From positions 7,344 through 71,343 of the IMG/VR virus record IMGVR_UViG_3300047476_001386: 64,000 bases of DNA. The stretch is one strand, 5' to 3'. The first letter of the stretch is position 1, and each line of letters opens with the position of its first letter. The translations under genes and the position numbers were made by a program. Source of the stretch: a virus. Under the pieces are notes generated by a model. That model had not been told where the DNA came from. It made no database searches and saw nothing but the letters and a program-made list of their open reading frames with translations. Below, in pieces: positions 58,453-64,000 of this stretch.

Positions 58453-59083
58453 CGCCCTCCACTAGTATTCCAGTCCAAGCCACGACTTCGTCATTAAATA
58501 GTACAGGTATTGCTCTACATCTACAGTGTATTATTACACCAGATCTTTCTATTCTATAAGAAGCCTCAAAGATACGTTTTTGTTTAACAGCTAGGTCCCA
58601 CTCATATCTAATAGACTCTAAATCAGCTCCTAATATAGGAACTGTCCAACCCCAATTTATTAACTCAATCTTTGGTCTCCCTACCAGTTTTTCATAACTT
58701 TTAGAGACCCACATATATAGTCCATTTGCATCAGTTTCAAAAATGGCAGCATCTTTAGTGTCTAGATACTGAGCCATTTTTGACTCTGAGATTCTCTGGT
58801 GTCTCTCTAATCTATTTATAGCATCTCTTAGAGAGGATCCTCCATTAGGACTTAACTGAGAAACTACAAAATCTAGTTTCTCAGCAAGTTTCTCGTGGCT
58901 TTTTTCTAGGTGAGCAAGTTTTCTGGTTGTTCCATTAAATGGATAGAATAGAGCATTCCATATACCAACTACCCATTTTCTAGCATTTCCAGCGAATGAG
59001 TTACCAAATATTAAAGCTAGGGCTGTACCGGCGGCTGTTATTAACCCGAGTACTTGACCAATTTGTAATAAGACTTGTTGCAT
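58442..59083 (-). CDS. membrane protein with coiled coil and C-terminal PAS domain
   Basis: N-terminal TM segment, PNGGSSLRDAINRLE, then IFETDANG...VS..YE.L.G....EL...GW...D...F...YRI...G. Confidence 0.7.
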   Translation of the reverse strand: MQQVLLQIGQVLGLITAAGTALALIFGNSFAGNARKWVVGIWNALFYPFNGTTRKLAHLEKSHEKLAEKLDFVVSQLSPNGGSSLRDAINRLERHQRISESKMAQYLDTKDAAIFETDANGLYMWVSKSYEKLVGRPKIELINWGWTVPILGADLESIRYEWDLAVKQKRIFEASYRIERSGVIIHCRCRAIPVLFNDEVVAWTGILVEGDGN

Positions 59084-59111
59084 GTCATCCTAATTTACCT
59101 GGGCAAATACC

Positions 59112-62100
59112 CTATGCCTCCGTTTTATTATCTGTAATACGCATAGTACACTTATTAATACTTTGTGTATAGTTGCCCCCAACGGGGCGGCCTTTTAGCT
59201 CATATGTATGAGTTCCTGCTCCAGGGACATCTCTATATGTAAAAGATGCTGGCTGATATTGGGGTGTCCCAGTTAGAGCATAGAGCCCATTTGTATCAAT
59301 TAAAGTACCATCTCTGTATAAATCAAAAGCAATATTACTAGAATTGCTCATACTTGATACATTAATAAATATATCAATATCTACAGGTCCGGCACTAGTT
59401 GTTACAGTATTACTTACGATAGATACTGGAATACTTTGATTATTCCAAGTAACAGTATAAGTAATTAAGCTAGTCCAGGTTTTGGTTAAACTATTACTTA
59501 CAATATTATTTGCAGTAATAATACTAGCTCCTAGGGTTCCACTGAAATAAGCGTTACCAGCGTAATCAATATAGAACTTTGCATTAGCATTATTGACAGC
59601 TGCAGCGTTTACATTTGAATTATAAGGTCCTGCCCACATTAAATATTGAGATAAATTACCAATTCCCCATCCAGATATTAACATCTGGGAAAAATTAGTG
59701 GCCATCCAATAAGGACCGTTAGGACCATTTAGATCTAATCTAAACGTATTATCCGAAGCTCTAATAAGGCCCGCGGTAAGAGTGCCCATATCTGCTTTGA
59801 TTGCACTTAAATCAGTAACTCCAATTTTTCCAGCAGTAACTTGTCCTGCTCCAATATTATTAGTTAGAACAGAATCTACTCCTAGTTTTCCTGCAATTAC
59901 TGAACCAGCAAAAATTTTAGCAGAAGTAACAGAATCAGTTGCTAAGGAATCAGCAACTACAGCTCCCGCAGTTATTTTTGCGGTAGTAACTGCGCCTGCT
60001 GCAAGTTTTGGAGTAGATATAGCATCATCAGCAATTTGAGTATTTGTTATAGTTCCAGTTAACTTTGCTGCAGCAATAGATTCTAATTGGGCATTTGTTA
60101 ATTGTCCTGTAATATCTGTAGAAGGAATTGCTGCAGTCCAAGCACTCCCATTATACCTATATAACTTATTGTCCGTAGTAAGAAATACCATTCTACCTGC
60201 AAATAAATTTGTACTAGGTAGGGTTCCTACTATTTCATACCCTGTTTTAATTTTATTTACTGTAAAGATTTGTGTATAACTTACTGAATTATATGTAATT
60301 GTAACAGTTAAAGTACCAGAGTCTCCGGTAAGCCCGGTAACTCTATAGTACCCCTTAACTTGTCCAGCTACCGGAGTATTGTCTGCGGTATTAACTGTTC
60401 CGGTTAATCCTGCTGACGCTGTTGCAGTATAGCTTGCAGAAGCCGTTACATCTACCCCAGCACTATATACTTTAACAAATCCATCTATCCCTGCCCATGA
60501 AGGAACACTTCCGTCTGCATAGGCAAATACTCCTATGGAATTTTTAGTAAGATAAACATCTACTGCACTAGTTCCGTTAGTTCCGTTGGTTCCAGCAGTA
60601 CCAGCCCTAGCTTTTGCTAGAGTTTGCACTTTGCGTAGAACTGTACTACCGTAGAGTGCTTGATATACTACAGAAGCTGTGTCTGCAGACATAGCTGTTA
60701 TACTATAAGTACCTGTGCTACTATTAATTACTGGGGTACACCCTGTTGAAGTAACGACAGAATATACGATACCATTTCCAACAGAAATATCAGTTAATCC
60801 TGATAAGACAGCAAATCTACCGTCCGCAGGAGTAAAGTCTGATACTACCCCTGCACTAGTAGCTGCAAGAGTTACAGATTCATTTGTAAGGTACCCACTA
60901 ATAGCCCCCGGGGCTCCATCGGTAGTTCCTAGAACTGCTGCTGACGTTCTTGTAGGGTGGAAGTCAGAATAGTTAGCACTCCCTGAAACAAATACCTTAT
61001 TTCTAATTCTATAATACTTATTTACACTTCCAGTCGAATACACAATATCTGTATATTTAGTTATTGGATAAGTAACTGCATTTATTAAACGTTCTACACC
61101 AGCATACAATGTTAGTCCAGAAGCATTTGCTAATGTTACAGCATTTCCATTAACATCTTTAAGGGAGAATGTATTTAATCCAGTTGGAACAGCTAAATAA
61201 GTTACTCCAGCGGTTATTCCACTTGTACTGGTAAAGAACACAATAGGATCGTCTAAAGTTAACCCATGCGCTGTACTAGTTAGAACACTCGAAGATATAG
61301 TTGTAACTAGTAAATCTTTACCAGCACTGTATATTTCTATATCCGTACCGCTTGGAGTAGCTGTTACGCTATTATCCCAAGTTAGATTTATTGTTACGCT
61401 TGTATCATCAGAATCTGCAACTTGTGTAGCCGACAGATTTGTTGGAGCATTAATTGAAGCTGTTACAGGGTTGCCACTTAGGCCCGTTCCCTCTTGCTTT
61501 GTAACGTTGCTAATGGCGTATAACTTATCGTCATATTCTCTAGCTACGATATCTACTAAGCAGTCTTCTGCAATTGTCATAGACTCGATACGGAACTTCT
61601 TATTTACCCAGCCATATCTGCTATACTGAATCTGTATAACTTGTCCTGGAATTAATAACATACCTCTAGGCGCTAGAGTTACATTAATAGTTAGTCCGTA
61701 TCTTGACTTATTTAGGTACTTGTCAGCTAAAAGTCTAGCATTGTAGTAGTTAGTAATACCTGGAATAGATAGGTTCCCCTTTCTTGGGACATTTCTATCC
61801 GCCTTCAGGTAGTCTGAGTTAAAGAAACTGATATTTCTTGCTTCAAACTTATTACTTGGATCGGCATAAGAGACCGAAAGTGAGTTATAAGAACTTCTAA
61901 TACCTTCGTCTGTTAAGCTAATCTTTCCTACAATATGATCTTCTGTAATATTGTAAGGCTCTGAGTCAGATGTACTAATTGAGCCTACTTGTGCCTCTAC
62001 GTCTAAGAAATACTTTCCGCCACTATAACGAAGCATTCCACCAAAGTGAGATAGGATAGAGTTAATATTATCAAAGACAGACGCCGAAGTATCAATTAAT

Positions 62101-63998
62101 AGATTTCCTTGGTGCTTGGTAACATAGCGCTGATCTGCAGAGTCCCACCCTAGGTACCTCCAGTAATCTACGCCATCTGAGTCATAGAGAGAGTAACCTG
62201 AAGCTAATCTGCCATTCTTTACTGCTTGAACTGGGTTTCCAGTGTAGAATAGAGCTAAAGTAGCGGAACCACTTCCAGTTACTTTAGTTAATGTACAGCT
62301 GCTCTGATAAATTAAATTACCTACAGTGCCGCTCGTATGTGTGGGAGCCGTTGCACTAGGAGCGTATCCGGAAGCAACTTTATACAGGTTATTTCCGTAG
62401 TGTACTAACTCTCCTTCTGCAAAAGTTTTCCAACTATTCCAAGCATTTGTTAATTTACCAAGTATATTAGTAAATGTGACAAATACAGTTGAGGCTCCTG
62501 GCACTGTGCTAGTATAACTAGAAGCTACGGTTCCTTGCCATATAATACTTCCAGCTGTATTCGTAAACTTATATACATCGCCTACGGAAGGTGCGGAACC
62601 ACTAGCTAAACGAACTGTTACATCTGATTGAACATCACAGTCTCTAGCTGCTTGCATCCAGGAGGGAAGGTCAATATCATTAGTTACTGACAGCCCTCTA
62701 CCATAAGTGGGAGAAGTAATATAGTCTAGTGCTTGAATGGCAAAGTTATTACTGACTCTGTGATCAATATAAGCCTGAGTAATTACATATGTATCTGTGG
62801 TTGTTGGAATTGAATTTGCGTCCCATACACCATCAATAGTAGCAATTCTACTTGCACCATCGTAATCAATAATACTCTTTTGTTGTACTATCTGCTTACC
62901 TGTTGTACTGCTAGTTCTAGTAACCGTGATCTTAGCCCCATTGTAGTAGTCGTCCACTGAACTTGCACTACTATGTAGCTTAATTGTGTTTCTAGAAACT
63001 AACTTGTTTCCACTAATGGCTGCATTTGCGTATACTGAAGAAGTTGCATAGGAAATTTCAGTAGTTAGGCTACTTGAAGTATCTACGCCTGAAAGAATAG
63101 CGGAGCCAAAACGCTCATTGCTAATTAAGCCCGATGCGTTGGTTAAAATACTAAACTTTGGTGATTGCTCATAAATGTCGCCTCCGACATTCATATTAGC
63201 ATTTGCAGTAAAGTTAAATACTAACTTACCTGCTCCATTTGAAGCCGACGTTAATGGAGAACTAATCTCAGCGGATACTTGTCCTGTATGCTCACTGTGA
63301 TTATATGTTACCATTGTCCAAGTATTTACGCCGCTCTTTAAGTAGAATTTTGTAATAGTTGGGACACCATTCACGTATCCTAATGCAGGTATGGCGCTTA
63401 ATCTAAAGCGTACATTTGCAGTACCATCGGGATTGTAGAAAGTCCACTTATCTATAATTTGAACGCTAGAGTTAATTATAGTATTAGTGTCTGATCTATA
63501 AACATCTACGGTATCGCCCAGCTTAAAGTTAGCTGCATTTTCACCGGTTGTCTTACTGTGGTGGCTGTAGCTATAGTCGTAATTATAGCAAGGTAGAACC
63601 TTACCATTTACGATAAATTCTAATTCAGGAATACTGGTTTCACCCTCTGCAATAGTATAGTTTACTACCACATAGGCTGTGTCTAGAAGGCGATGATTTG
63701 GACCCCAATATTCGGCTGTATCGGTTCCTGTCCAGTAATCATTCTGAATCTTGAAGTTTCCAGCCTTAGCAATATCTACGAGAGACTGTGCCGCTTTTTG
63801 TGCTTCTTTTCCAGAGAAAAAGTCAATAGTAATAGATTGTGGGCTAGAAAGATGAAGCGTTTCTCCATCTTTAATTCCGGTTTGTGTAACAGGAGCCGTT
63901 ACGATAGGTGCTGTATATCCTAGACTATTAATTTGATCTAGAATATTGTAACCAAAGTCGTATAGATAAGACTCATTAGCATAGTAAGAAGTTACTGT
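59112..63998 (-). CDS. central tail fibre / host-specificity (gpJ-like) protein, 5'-truncated by the window end
   Basis: frame appears open to the window edge; YNSLSVSYADP..KFE, GITNYYNA, FN3-like APTNL and A..IT..K repeats. Confidence 0.85.
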   Translation of the reverse strand, partial: TVTSYYANESYLYDFGYNILDQINSLGYTAPIVTAPVTQTGIKDGETLHLSSPQSITIDFFSGKEAQKAAQSLVDIAKAGNFKIQNDYWTGTDTAEYWGPNHRLLDTAYVVVNYTIAEGETSIPELEFIVNGKVLPCYNYDYSYSHHSKTTGENAANFKLGDTVDVYRSDTNTIINSSVQIIDKWTFYNPDGTANVRFRLSAIPALGYVNGVPTITKFYLKSGVNTWTMVTYNHSEHTGQVSAEISSPLTSASNGAGKLVFNFTANANMNVGGDIYEQSPKFSILTNASGLISNERFGSAILSGVDTSSSLTTEISYATSSVYANAAISGNKLVSRNTIKLHSSASSVDDYYNGAKITVTRTSSTTGKQIVQQKSIIDYDGASRIATIDGVWDANSIPTTTDTYVITQAYIDHRVSNNFAIQALDYITSPTYGRGLSVTNDIDLPSWMQAARDCDVQSDVTVRLASGSAPSVGDVYKFTNTAGSIIWQGTVASSYTSTVPGASTVFVTFTNILGKLTNAWNSWKTFAEGELVHYGNNLYKVASGYAPSATAPTHTSGTVGNLIYQSSCTLTKVTGSGSATLALFYTGNPVQAVKNGRLASGYSLYDSDGVDYWRYLGWDSADQRYVTKHQGNLLIDTSASVFDNINSILSHFGGMLRYSGGKYFLDVEAQVGSISTSDSEPYNITEDHIVGKISLTDEGIRSSYNSLSVSYADPSNKFEARNISFFNSDYLKADRNVPRKGNLSIPGITNYYNARLLADKYLNKSRYGLTINVTLAPRGMLLIPGQVIQIQYSRYGWVNKKFRIESMTIAEDCLVDIVAREYDDKLYAISNVTKQEGTGLSGNPVTASINAPTNLSATQVADSDDTSVTINLTWDNSVTATPSGTDIEIYSAGKDLLVTTISSSVLTSTAHGLTLDDPIVFFTSTSGITAGVTYLAVPTGLNTFSLKDVNGNAVTLANASGLTLYAGVERLINAVTYPITKYTDIVYSTGSVNKYYRIRNKVFVSGSANYSDFHPTRTSAAVLGTTDGAPGAISGYLTNESVTLAATSAGVVSDFTPADGRFAVLSGLTDISVGNGIVYSVVTSTGCTPVINSSTGTYSITAMSADTASVVYQALYGSTVLRKVQTLAKARAGTAGTNGTNGTSAVDVYLTKNSIGVFAYADGSVPSWAGIDGFVKVYSAGVDVTASASYTATASAGLTGTVNTADNTPVAGQVKGYYRVTGLTGDSGTLTVTITYNSVSYTQIFTVNKIKTGYEIVGTLPSTNLFAGRMVFLTTDNKLYRYNGSAWTAAIPSTDITGQLTNAQLESIAAAKLTGTITNTQIADDAISTPKLAAGAVTTAKITAGAVVADSLATDSVTSAKIFAGSVIAGKLGVDSVLTNNIGAGQVTAGKIGVTDLSAIKADMGTLTAGLIRASDNTFRLDLNGPNGPYWMATNFSQMLISGWGIGNLSQYLMWAGPYNSNVNAAAVNNANAKFYIDYAGNAYFSGTLGASIITANNIVSNSLTKTWTSLITYTVTWNNQSIPVSIVSNTVTTSAGPVDIDIFINVSSMSNSSNIAFDLYRDGTLIDTNGLYALTGTPQYQPASFTYRDVPGAGTHTYELKGRPVGGNYTQSINKCTMRITDNKTEA

Positions 63999-64000
63999 AT

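Noticed and set aside
59112-63671. Start at 63671 given by the ORF track
   Set aside because: The frame appears to stay open to the window end, so the true start lies outside

Overview
The window is about 64 kb of a lytic T5-like (Demerecviridae-type) phage genome. From left to right: (1) a pre-early-like region (1-3.5 kb) with an A2-like gene, repeated hairpin/promoter modules and a repeat-rich putative injection-stop zone; (2) a leftward block of small, modular accessory genes plus an epimerase, glycosyltransferase, glutaredoxin and ribosomal protein bS21 (5.7-14.4 kb); (3) a rightward translation/RNA region with an HNH gene, a circularly permuted two-piece tmRNA, Pth2, 26 tRNAs, several unexplained structured RNAs and a ~1.2 kb promoter-to-terminator non-coding unit (14.5-27.1 kb); (4) the T5-type replication block (D3, PC4-like, split NAD ligase, D5, helicase, primase, PolA, D10-D15, ThyX, NrdAB; 27.1-47.9 kb); (5) on the minus strand, lysis genes and a tail-fibre region with two collagen-like proteins, a 2OG-Fe(II) oxygenase and a central-fibre gene that runs off the window end. 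The permuted tmRNA, a tRNA-His with G1-U72/A73 and no G-1, and high-GC inserts point to an alphaproteobacterial host (inference). The most interesting unexplained elements are the giant ncRNA candidate, the small structured RNAs and mini-tRNAs in the tRNA operon, the repeated antisense-promoter/hairpin modules, Fur-box-like repeats at the putative injection stop, and a possible collagen-fibre modification system. All calls come from manual reading; no searches or folding were run.
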